Source: Pristiophorus japonicus (Eukaryota). Taken from it: 64,000 nucleotides of DNA. Position 1 is the stretch's first letter. Each line of letters starts with the position of its first letter. Positions 12,401-24,400 of the stretch are shown one piece after another. The notes below the pieces were generated by a model. The model did no database searches. It was not told the DNA's origin and saw only the letters and a list, made by a program, of their open reading frames with translations. The translations under genes and the position numbers were made by a program. The DNA lies in assembly GCF_044704955.1 (NCBI RefSeq), contig NC_091985.1:64356001-64420000 (forward strand), written 5' to 3'.

Positions 12401-15400
12401 CTCGACATATTGGTCTAGAAAACCATCCCTTATGCACTCCAGGAAATCCTCCTCCACCGTGTTACTTACAGTTTGGTTAGCCCAATCTATGTGCATATTA
12501 AAGTCACCCATTATAACTACTGCACCTTTATTGCATGCACCCCTAATTTCCTGTTTGATGCCCTCCCCAACATCACTACTACTGTTTGGAGGTCTGTACA
12601 CAGCTCCCACTAATGTTTTTTGCCCTTTGGTGTTCTGCAGCTCTACCTATATAGATTCCACATTATCCAAGCTAATGTCCTTCCTAACTATTGCATTAAT
12701 CTCCTCTTTAACCAGCAATGCTACCCCACCTCCTTTTCCTTTTATTCTATCCTTCCTGAATGTTGAATACCCCTGGATGTTGAGTTCCCAGCCCTGATCA
12801 TCCTAGAGCCACGTCTCTGTAATCCCAATCACATCATATTTGTTAACATCTATCTGCACAGTCAACTCATCCGCTTTATTACGGATACTCCTTGTCGCTG
12901 ACTCGGACATCAGGCAGGTTGTGTGTGGCAAACATGGTTCGCAGGCTTTCAATAGTGGCCGTGGATGTGCTTACAGACATTATTGCACATTCAGTCCATT
13001 TTGAGTAAGCATCCACGACAACCAAAAACATTTTGCCTAGAAATGGGCCCGTATAATCCATGTGGATCCTCGACCACGGTTTGGAGGGCCACGACCACAA
13101 ACTTAGCGGTGCCTCTCTGGGTGCATTACTCAGCCGAGAGCAAGTGTTGCACTGGCGTTCCAGTTCCAGCGGATTTTTCCCAGCCAGCTTCTGCCAAACG
13201 ATCCACAGCGGGAGTTCGTGTACTGCTCCATCATAGGAGACTTTGACTTCTGCACTGCCAATTACAAGGATTAGCTCCTTGGTGTAAGTCCTTAGTTTGG
13301 TGTGAATGGGGCTGAGCTTGGGCCTGTGTGCCTTTTTGCCCCACAGCCTGTCGAAGGCCTTTTTACTCATTATGGACTGACTTGCACCCGTGTCCAGTTG
13401 CATAGATAATGGAATTCCGTTCAGTTCAACTTTCAACATTATTGGTGGACATTTCGTGGTGAATGTGTATACCCCGTACACTCCTGCCTCCTCGGTACGA
13501 GTCTCCAATTCAGCCTGATCCACAGTGGATCGATCTTCCTCTGCACCGTGGTGGTTTGCAGGGTTTGCAGCTCGCTTGCACATTCGCTGGAGGTGTCCCA
13601 TTGTACTGCAACTGTTGCACGGATAGTGCTTGAAGCAGCATTGATGGGGCCGATGATCACCTCCACAGCGCCAACAAGGTGTTAACTGCCTCGCATTAAC
13701 GATTGATGACAGACTCTGGGTCATCTGAGATCGGGCAGCAGCAGCTGGCGTGTATGTTCTGCCATGTATATTCCTGCTCGAAAACGACGTTACTTTGTGC
13801 ACAGTACTGGCCGAAACTTCTTTCTTCTGCGAAATCTGTTTGGTGTTGTCGCTGGTGGATATAAATGCCTGGGCTAGCGTTATGGCTTTACTTGGATTCG
13901 GAGTTTCAACAGTCAACAGTTTGCAAAGGGTTACTTCATGGCCAATGCCCAGTACAAAAAAGCATTTGTTCTAGAAATCCCTCAAATTCGCAATGTCCTG
14001 CGAGTCGCCTTAGTTCAGCGACATAGCTCGCCACTTCCTGGCCCTCCGACCGTTGCCACATGTAGAACCGCTATCTCACCATCAAAACGCTTTCCTTAGG
14101 ATTTAGGTGCTCCCGGACCAGCGTACACAATTCTTCATAGGATTTAGCTGTTGGTTTTGCCGGAGCTAGGAGATTCTTCATGAGGTCATAGGTTGTTGCC
14201 CCACAGACAGTTAGGAGGATCGCCCTTCGTTTGGCAGCATTCTCGTCCCCGTCCAGCTTGTTGGCTACAAAGTCTTGGTCGAGTCTCTCCATGAAGGCCT
14301 CCCAATCGTCCCCTTCTGAGAACTTCTCCAGGGTACCAACTGTTCTTTGCATTTTTGCGCCGTTGTTCGTTACCTCGTCGCCAATTGATACGTTTATAAT
14401 AAAGGATGAAACTGAGTACTGTGTACAATGAGCAAGTGTGACCTTAGCTCCTTTAGTAAGACTCCAGAGTGCAAGTACCTCGTAGGTGGCCTGCTTACAT
14501 AGCGTGCTCTAAGGGATGCTGGGATCCCTTGGGACTTCAACAGGTAGTCCTCTGGTGGTAGTGTAATACAGGTGGCAAGAAATTAAATACATAACATTAT
14601 GAATGTTCCTTCATTAAATAGTAGCACTCTAACCTATATCAGCAGAGTAATTTTAACTCACCCATTCCTAATGATGCTGGATGCCATTATAGCATATTAG
14701 TTTTGCCAGATTCACTAGCAGTGTGTGCAGTAAGCAGGTTAATTTGTTTTACTAATTATTGCTTGTATCCGTGGTTTAAGATTGCTGGTCCAGTTAAGCT
14801 TCTGGTCAATGGTGAACCCCAGGATGTTGATAATAATGGACATGGCATTGGTGGTGCCTTTGAAGGTCAAGAGGATGGGATTGGGCCTTTTCTTATTGGA
14901 GTTGGTTATTTCCCAAGACTTATGTGCTGTGAATCTTACCTGCTATTTATTAGGCCAAGCTTGGATATTGTTCAGGTTCTGCTATAGGCTGGTTGGGGCT
15001 GCTTCATTATTGGAAGAGTTGCTGTGAATGGAATGCCACAGAAAATCAACCAGTGTCTTGTGTAAAACTATTTTCTGTCACTTATACAGTCACCCTTCTG
15101 TCACTCTTAGTTAAACAACAATAACATACATTTATATAGCGCCTTTAACGTACTAAAATATCCCAAGGAACATAATCAGACAAAAATTGACACAAAGCCA
15201 TTGGACAAGTGACCAAAAACTTGGTTAAAGAGGTAGGTGGAGAGGCAGAGAGGTTTAGAGAGGGAATTCTAGAGTTTAGGGCCTAGATGGCATAAGGCAT
15301 GGCTGTCAATGGTGGGGCAAAGGAGGCCAGAGTTGGAGGAATGCAGCGTTCTCGGAGGATTGTAGGGGTTACAGACCGAGGGAGGGGTGAGGCCGTGGAG

Positions 15401-18400
15401 GGATTTGGACACGAGCATAAGAATTTTAAAATCGGGTTGTTGGTGAACTGGGAGCAAATGCAGGCCAGTGATCAGAGGTGCGATGGATGAATGGGACTTG
15501 GTGTGAATTAGAATTCGGGCAGCAGGGTTTTGGATGAACTTAAGTTTGTGTAGGGTGGAAGGTGGGGGGCCAGCCAGGAGAGCATTGAAATAGTCAAGTC
15601 TGGAGGTAACCAAAGCACGGATGAGGGTTTCAGCAGCAGATGTGCTGAGGTAGAGGCAGAGATGGGTGATATTCCGAAGGTGGAAGTAGATGGTTTTGGT
15701 GATGAAGAGAATATGGGGTGGGAACCATAACTTTGGGGTACCCGTAGCATAGTGGTTATATTACTGGACACGTAATCCAGAGTCTGGACTAATGATCCGG
15801 GGCCATGAGCTCAAATCCCACCAGGGTAGCTGGGGAATTTAAATTCAATTAATTAAACAAATCTAGAATTAATAGGCAAATCAGTAATGGTGACCATAAA
15901 TCTACCAGATTGTCATAAAAACCCATCTGGTTCACTAATGTCCTTTAGGGAAGGACAACTGCTGTCCTTACCCGGTCTGGCCGATATGGAGCTCCAGACT
16001 CTCAGCAATGTGGGTGACTCTTAACTGCCCTCTGAAAAGTCCGATCATGCCATTCAGGTGGCTCACCATCACCTTCTCAAGGGAAATTAGGAACGAGTAA
16101 TAAATACTGGAATTGCCAGTGACGCCCACATCCAGTGAATGAATAAAAAAAGCTCAGCTCAGAGTCAAATAAAAGACCGAGGTTGCATACAGTCTGGTTC
16201 AGCCTGAGACAGTGGCCAGGGAGAGGGATGGAATTGATGGCTAGGGAACAGAGCTTGTGGCAAGGGTCAAAGACAATGACTTCGGTCAACCCAATGTTTA
16301 ATTGGAGGAAATTTTGGCTCATCCAAGACTGGATGTCATATAAGCTGTCAGACAACACAGAGGCAATGGATGGGTCGTGACAGGGTGGTGGTGAGGTGGA
16401 GATTATCCAAGTGGGAGTTAAGTCTGGGATGGCGGTAAGAGAATAGGAAGGTCGAGGAGTAGTGATGGATTGGGGTTGAATTGCCCAATAGTCAAACATT
16501 ATAATCAGCCCAAATTTATTCTAACCATGGCAAAGTTGTTAGGCAAATGAATTCAATTACATCTGATAGGGTCATTCTTCTGATTTACTACCAGTTAGAG
16601 CAGACCATAGAAAAGAAAGTTGAAACAAATGAAAAAGAATTGAACAATCCAAGGTAGGTGTAAATTTAGCTTAAATGATTCTTACAATTCGGATAATTCA
16701 CACTTTCTGTCTTCTTCATTTACAAGTGCAATGCAATGTTAAAATGTCGTGTTTCAGCTTTCCCTCTCAGAACATGCCAGTTCCACAATGCATCCTACTT
16801 GTTAACTGGCCTGTCAAATTAAGAAAGCCAGGGTTCTCAAATGCAACCGCACATCAAAGAAAACTTTGTATTTATTTTCAGGATTTCAGTTATATAGTTT
16901 TCAAGGGAAACACGTTTATATTCTATTTTACATGGTAAAATGCCCAGTGCTAATAAAGCCTCCGACTTACCGCTAGTTAGCTTGACTGAGTGGTAACACT
17001 ATTATCTCAGTGTCAGAATGTTGTGGGTTCAAGTCCCATTGCAGAACCTCAGTACATAATCTAGTTTAACTTTTCAGTGCAGGACTGAAGGAGTGCTGCA
17101 TTGTTGGGAGTGCTGTCTTTTGGATGAGATTAAGGTAAGATACTGGTTCAGGCAGACCTAAAAAGATCCTGTAATACTATTTTTGAAGAGGAGCAGGGCG
17201 TTCTCTTGGTAACCTGGCCAACCAACATCAACAAAACAGATTAACTGGTCATTTATATCGCTCACTGTTCCTGGAATCTTTCTGTGTGCCAACTGGTTGC
17301 CATGTTTGCTACATAACAACTATGACTACGTTTCAGAAGTAATTCAGTGGCTGTTAAATGCTTTGAGATGTCTTGAAACACGAAAGGTGCTATGTAAATG
17401 TAAGTCTTTCTTTAGAAGCTTTTTAAATACAATTTAGTTTTTGTAAAATTCAGATACTGTACATACAAATAATTTTATAATAAATAATTATTTCATCTAC
17501 AATGTTTTTGTTTAACAGCAGTAAAAGGCCAGCGCTGACATTATCAGCGGGAATCCATTTGGGGTCTCCACACTATACCACAGCTCCATTGGTAAGGTTT
17601 TCTGCAAATTTTATTTAGTCTGTTATGATATGTGCTGTATATTTTAAAGTAGTTAGCTTGTCAAGTACAGCAGTTTTATTCACTTAATTCTTAAGAGATC
17701 ATAATAGAAAATGCCCAAACTAGAGATGAATCAAAACTCGGCTGCCCGTGTCCTAACTCTCACCAAATCCCGCTCACCCATCACCTCTGTGCTCGCTGAC
17801 CTACATTAGCTTCCAGTTAAGCAACGCCTCGATTTCAAAACTCTCATCCTTATTTTCAAATCTCTCCATGGCCTCGCCCCTCCCTATCTCTAAAGTCCTC
17901 CAGCCCCACAACTCCCCGAGATGTCTGCACTCCTCTAATTCCGCCCTCTTGAGCACCCCTGATTATAATCCCTTAACCATTGGTAGCCGTGCCTTCTGTT
18001 GCCTCGGCCCCAAACTCTGGAACTCCCTGCCTAAACCTATCCACCTCTCTACCTCTCTACCTCTCTTTCCTCCTTCAAGACGCTCCTTAAAACCTACCTC
18101 TTTGACCAAGCTTTTAGTTACCTGCGCTAATTTCTACTTATGCATCTTACTGTCAAATTGTTTTATCTCATAATACTCCTGTGAAGCGCCTTGGGATGTT
18201 TCACTACGTTAAAGGCGCTATATAAATACAAGTTGTTGTTGTTTACATAGTTATTTACTTTTCTAGGAACAAAATTATCTGGGCATCTTTTAGAACATGT
18301 TGAATTTTGTATAAAAATACGATTGATACTTGTCCATATTTGTAACAGTATATCCATAGACGTTACAACACGGAAATAGGCAATCAGCTCAATCAGTCCG

Positions 18401-21400
18401 TGCCAGATATCAATATTCCTTTGCAGTTTCCGAATTTGATATCATCTGCAAATTTCAACGCCACTCCCGCTAGACCTATATCCAAATTATTGATATATAC
18501 AGTGGACAGAAGTAGATTATCTTAAGAGGCAGAATCACTTTTAAAAACAGAAAGTCCTCAGTAGTTTACTGGATATCTTTGCACATTCAACATTCAACAA
18601 AATCATCTGGCAGATGTAGAAATAAGAAATCTTCATTTGTAAACTCTCTTAATATTCAGTCACTGTTTCAAAATTTGAGTTTAACTTAAAGAATAACATG
18701 CAGTTGTATTAAATAAGTGCATTTGGTTACAGTTGGTTGAATAATTTTTCACGATCGCTAATTTCCCATATTTTGGGATATAAGTCTTACTGCTACCTCA
18801 AGTGACCATTTTCACCCATGATCTTGGACAGTGGGCTAATTGACTGTGAACTATCACCGTGGAGCCTAATCCTTTTCTCATGAACCATCTATACAATGCA
18901 GTCTCATCAAGTGTTGCTGGATGGTTATCAGAATCATGATACCTGGCTGATCTCTCATCCCACCTTCCTAGCCAAGACTAAGGGGGGAATTTTCTGGGGG
19001 TCAGCGGGCGCCATCTGTGGCGGGTCGGGTGGAAAACATTTTTTTGACGGGGTCGGCACTCCGCTCTCAACCCACTGCCACGTGCCTTTACCAAATGTCG
19101 GGTCTGCCAACACTGAGCAGACTCGACACACAGCGGCAGAGGAAGCAATTAAAATCATTAGTGGCTTGTTTACAGCCACTTAATGCTTTATTTTACCCAG
19201 CTTTTTGTTTTTGACAGGTCACCCATTGGTTTACTGCTGTGCCTAGACCTTGTCTGTGAAGCTGAGACATGAGGTCACTGGCCATTGTTTCAGCTGATGA
19301 GCTGATAGCTTCAAATGTCAAGTCAAAGCTCCCAGCTGATTGAAAAATGTTCCTTCAGCTAATAGCTTCTCTTAACTGCATTTCCACTACCGATTGCTGC
19401 AAGTCTTTACACAAGTCTCCATCCAGTCTGACATTACCTCTCTCACCATTGACAGATCGCTTCTGTCATCTCTACTTCACCTGCCATCTATTCCATCATC
19501 ATCGATGCACTTTATACTCTCTCACCTTGGTCCTCAGAATCCCACCACAATCAGCCCGACCACCAGGCATACAAGCAGCATCAACAACACCACCGACTTT
19601 CTCCACAATCAACTGATGCTGCACAGGACGCAAGACATCAGGACCCGACCACATTGTTGCCCAGGAGGCCAGGCATGGCCTCACCATAGCCAGATTTACG
19701 TCACTTGACTGCCGCATGTGCCAGGTTGGCACCATCCCACACCAACACCATAAAGCAGCGCCACAATGCCCAAGCCATTCCTTACACATTCATGACCATT
19801 GTTTGTGGGTAATGTTATGTCTCACCATTCACTGCAACTCACTATGCCACTTCCACAGGTGCACACAAATCTGTCCAAGAATGCAAAGCATTGAAAATAA
19901 AGGTTTCAATGTATGACACCACAGTAACAGAAATTTTACATGACCTTGTGTGTTGTTAGTTGATATGATTGCATTAGGATGAGGGTGGCTAGTGAGATGG
20001 GGATGTGATAATGTCGAGAGAGGGGGATGGGTGGAGGTGCAAGGTAAGTTGGTGTGAGAAGGATGTGCAGGAGTAGGGTAGGGAAGGCAGAGTGATGGGA
20101 ATGTGATGAGAGTGGCTTTGTACTAATATTTCGTGATCTACGGAGATCATTGAAACATTCGCGGCATTGCACCCAGGTCCTCCTGACGATATCCCTGCTT
20201 GTGCCCTCCTGTGCAATGTGCAACCAGGCTGTGTTCGTCTCCTGGGGAGGTTTCTTCCACCCATGCGAAGAGAAGAGGACCTCCCTGTATGCTATGACTC
20301 CTTCCAAAAACATATGGAGGAATTCATGAGACAGCCTGGGTGCCACCCTGCACCTTTGTGTAGTGATTGTCAGTGTTTGCAGCACCTCAATGCTGTAGAA
20401 CACTGACAGCACAAATATCAAAATAAAGTTGGCCATGGTCCCTTTAAGGAAACCGGCTGATGACGCACCATCAAATCAAGTCATCAGACCCATTTCCTAT
20501 AATTGGCCGGGAAACGCACTGGGTGGGCTTAACAAGCCCAATCAGGGGAAAATCATTCTAGACAGTGGGCTGGAGCCAGCAATGGGGCTGGGACCCACCA
20601 CCGACGTAGCCTGTCACGGACCCGCTTAGGTTCATAAAATCCAGCCCTAAGTGTTGCACCCTGCATACCACTCTTGCTGAAATTGATTTAGTACAGGACA
20701 GGAATCAGACGTGGGAGTCTTGTGATTTGCATGGCCAAGTACCTAGTTATGCAGTGTACTTAACCCTTTGACGTATCAGCTCGACGTAGCAGAGTGAGAG
20801 TTTAAGCCCCTCTGAAGGACACTGGCATATAACCCAGACTGATGCTTCAGTGCAGTTCTGAAGGAGTCCTGTATTGTTAGAGGTGCCGTCTTTCAGATGA
20901 GATGTTAAACTGAGGCCCTGTCTGCCTGTTTCAGGTGGATATAAAGAACTCATAACATTTTTTTTGAAGAAGAGCAGCACATTCTCCTGGTGTCCTTGGC
21001 AAAGTTCATCCTTCAGCTAACACTACCAAAACAGATTAACTGTTTTTTGTTTGTTGGAACCTTGATCTGTCCAAATTGGCTGCTACGTTTGGCTAAAAAC
21101 AAGTGACTACACTTCAAAAATTATTAATTGACTGTGAAGCATTTTGGAATGTTCTGTGGACGTGAAAGGTGTCATATAAAAATGAGAATTATTTCTTCCA
21201 AGTCATTTGGTGGAGTGGGGGCTGGTTTAAACATTTTCTACTTCATTTTTATTTGCTTTACTGTTTATTGCCGAAGGTGCAAATTTAAATCTGTCAAGTT
21301 TTAGAGTATTTGGCTGCTTTGGAACTTTGAGACATTTCATTCTAAAGATACCTGTGCAATAAGTTATTTTGTTTGTTGTGCTTTATGATTTTATGCCAAT

Positions 21401-24400
21401 GCAGGTAATAGTAACTGATGCGCCTGATTCACTTTACAAGAAGATCTCAGTGATGGTGAAGGGCCATGATAAAACTGTACTGGATAGTTACGAATATTTT
21501 GCCACACTTGCTGCTAAAGAGCTGAATATCAATGTTGATAAAGTGTAAGTACTTAATTGCTCTTATAAGCAGCTTCCTTGCATCTTTTTGGATTTAATAT
21601 GCCAAGTGGATTAGTTTCAAATTTGGACTTGTGTCCCTATCAACATCACTGAAACAGATTACCAGGTCATTATCACATTGCTGTTTGTGGGAGCTTGCAG
21701 TGTGCAAATTGGCTGATGTGTTAGACATAGAAACACAGAAAATAGGTGCAGGAGCAGGCCATTCAGCCCTTCGAGCCTGCACCGCAATTCAATATGATCA
21801 TGGCTGATCATGCAACTTCAGTACCCTACTCCCGCCTTCTCTCCATATCCCCTGATCCCCTTAGCCGTAAGGCCACATTTAACTCACTCTTGAATATGTG
21901 CAATGAAATGGACTCAACAACTTTCTGTAGTAGAGAATTCCACAGGTCCACCACTCTCTGGGTGAAAATGTTTTTCCTCATCTCGGTCCTATACGGCTTA
22001 CCCCTTATCTTAGACTGTGACCCCTGGTTCTGGTCTTCCCCAACATCGGGAACGTTCTTCCTGCATCTAACCTGTCCAGTCCCATCATAATTTTATGTTT
22101 CTATGATATCCCCTCTCATTCTTCTAAATTCCAGTGAGTATAAGCCAAGCCGATCCAGTCTTTTTTCATATGTCAGTCCTGTCAACCCGGGAATTAGTCT
22201 GGTGAACCTTTGCTGCACTCCCTCAATAGCAAGCACGTCTTCCTCAGATTAGGAGACCAAAACTGCACACAATACTCAAGGTGTGGTCTCACCAAGACCC
22301 TGTACAACTGCAGTAAGGCCTCCCTGCTCCTATACTCAAATCCTCAGGCCAGCATGCCATTTGCTTTCTTTACTGCCTGCTGTTCTTGCATGGCTACCTT
22401 CAGTGACTGATGTACCATGACACCCAGGTCTCTTTGCACCTCCCCTTTTACTAATCGGTTACCATTCAGATAATCTGCCTTCCTGTTTTTGCCACCAAAG
22501 TCGATAACCTCACATTTATCCATATTATACTGCATCTGCCATGCATTCGTTATAATCTACCAAAATTCTCTGGACTCTGGGGAGGTACCAGCGGATTGGA
22601 AAGCAGCTAATGTAACGCCTCTGTTTAAAAAAGGGGGCAGACAAAAGGCAGGTAACTATAGGTCGGTTAGTTTAACATCTGTAGTGGGGAAAATGCTTGA
22701 AACTATCATCAAGGAAGAAATAGCGGGACATCGAGATAGGAATAGTGCAATCAAGCAGACGCAACATGGATTCATGAAGGGGAAATCATGTTTAACTAAT
22801 TTACTGGAATTCTTTGAGGATATAACGAGCATGGTGGATAGAGGTGTACCGATGGATGTGGTGTATTTAGATTTCCAAAAGGCATTCGATAAGGTGCCAC
22901 ACAAAAGGTTACTGCAGAAGATAGAGATATGCGGAGTCAGAGGAAATGTATTAGCATGGATAGAGAATTGGCTGGCTAACAGAAAGCAGAGAGTCGGGAT
23001 AAATGGGTCCTTTTCGGGTTGGAAATCGGTGGTTAGTGGTGTGCCACAGGGATCGGTGCTGGGACCACAACTGTTTACAATATACATAGATGACCTGGAA
23101 GAGGGGACAGAGTGTAGTGTAACAAAATTTGCAGATGACATTAAGATTAGTGGGAAAGCGGGTTGTGTAGAGGACACAGAGAGGCTGCAAAGAGATTTGG
23201 ATAGGTTAAGCGAATGGGCTAAGGTTTGGCAGATGGAATATAAGGTTGGAAAGTGTGAGGTCATCCACCTTGGGGGAAAAAAAACAGTAAAAGGGAATAT
23301 TATTTGAATGGGGAGAAATTACAACATGCTGAGGTGCAGAGGGACCTGGGGGTCCTTGTGCATGAATCCCAAAAAGTTAGTTTGCAGGTGCAGCAGGTAA
23401 TCAGGAAGGCGAATGGAATGTTATCCTTCATTGCGAGAGGGATGGAGTACAAAAGCAGGGAGGTCCTGCTGCAACTGTATAGGATATTGGTAAGGCCGCA
23501 CCTGGAGTACTGCGTGTAGTTTTGGTCACCTTACTTAAGAAAGGATATACTAGCTTTGGAGGGGGTACAGAGACGATTCACTCGGCTGATTCCGGAGATG
23601 AGGGTGTTACCTTATAATGATAGATGGAGTAGACTGGGTCTTTACTCATTGGAGTTCAGAAAGATGAAGGGTGATCTTATAGAAACATTTAAAAGCATGA
23701 AAGGGATAGACAAGATAGAAGCAGAGAGGTTGTTTCCACTGGTAGGGGAGACTAGAACTAGGGGGCACAGCCTCAAAATACGGGGGAGCCAATTTAAAAC
23801 CGAGTTGAGAAGGAATTTCTTCTCCCAGAGGGTTGTGAATCTGTGGAATTCTCTGCCCAAGGAAGCAGTTGAGGCTAGCTCATTGAATGTATTCAAGTCA
23901 CAGATAGATAGATTTTTAACCAATAAGTGAATTAAAGGTTACGGGGAGAGGGCGGGTAAGTGGAGCTGAGTCCACGGCCAGATCAGCCATGATCTTATTG
24001 AATGGCGGAGCAGGCTCGAGGGGCTAGATGGCCTACTCCTGTTCCTAATTCTTATGTTCTTATTTACCCATTCACCTAACCTGTCCAAGTCACCCTGCAG
24101 CCTCTTAGCATCCTCCTCACAGCTCACACTGCCACCTAGCTTAGTGTCATCTGCAAACTTGGAGATATTACATTTAATTCCTTCGTCTAAATCATTAATG
24201 TATATTGTAAATAGCTGGGGTCCCAGCACTGAACTTTGCGGCACCCCAGTAGTCACTGCCTGCCATTCTGAAAAGGACCCGTTTATTCCCACTCTTTGCT
24301 TCCTGTCTGCCAACGAGTTCTCTATCCACGTCAATACATTACCCCCAATACCATGTGTCTTAATTTTGCACACTAACCTCTTGTGTGGGACCTTGTCAAA

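Larger units (their letters stand above)
9052..14596 (-). mobile_element. Ty3/Gypsy LTR retrotransposon, internally deleted (gag, protease, integrase; no RT/RNase H), interrupted by a CR1
   Basis: About 210-bp TG..CA LTRs; 5-bp TSD TTATG (9047-9051 and 14597-14601); PBS; PPT; gag with Cys/His knuckles; LDTGAS protease; integrase [35 protein letters not shown]. Confidence 0.95.

Noticed and set aside
9294-13916. Domesticated gag/integrase gene
   Set aside because: Flanked by LTRs and a TSD, frameshifted, and split by a CR1; an ordinary decayed element
16975-17045. tRNA gene-like A/B boxes (also near 15740 and 57880)
   Set aside because: These are SINE heads: no cloverleaf, and SINE body and tail follow
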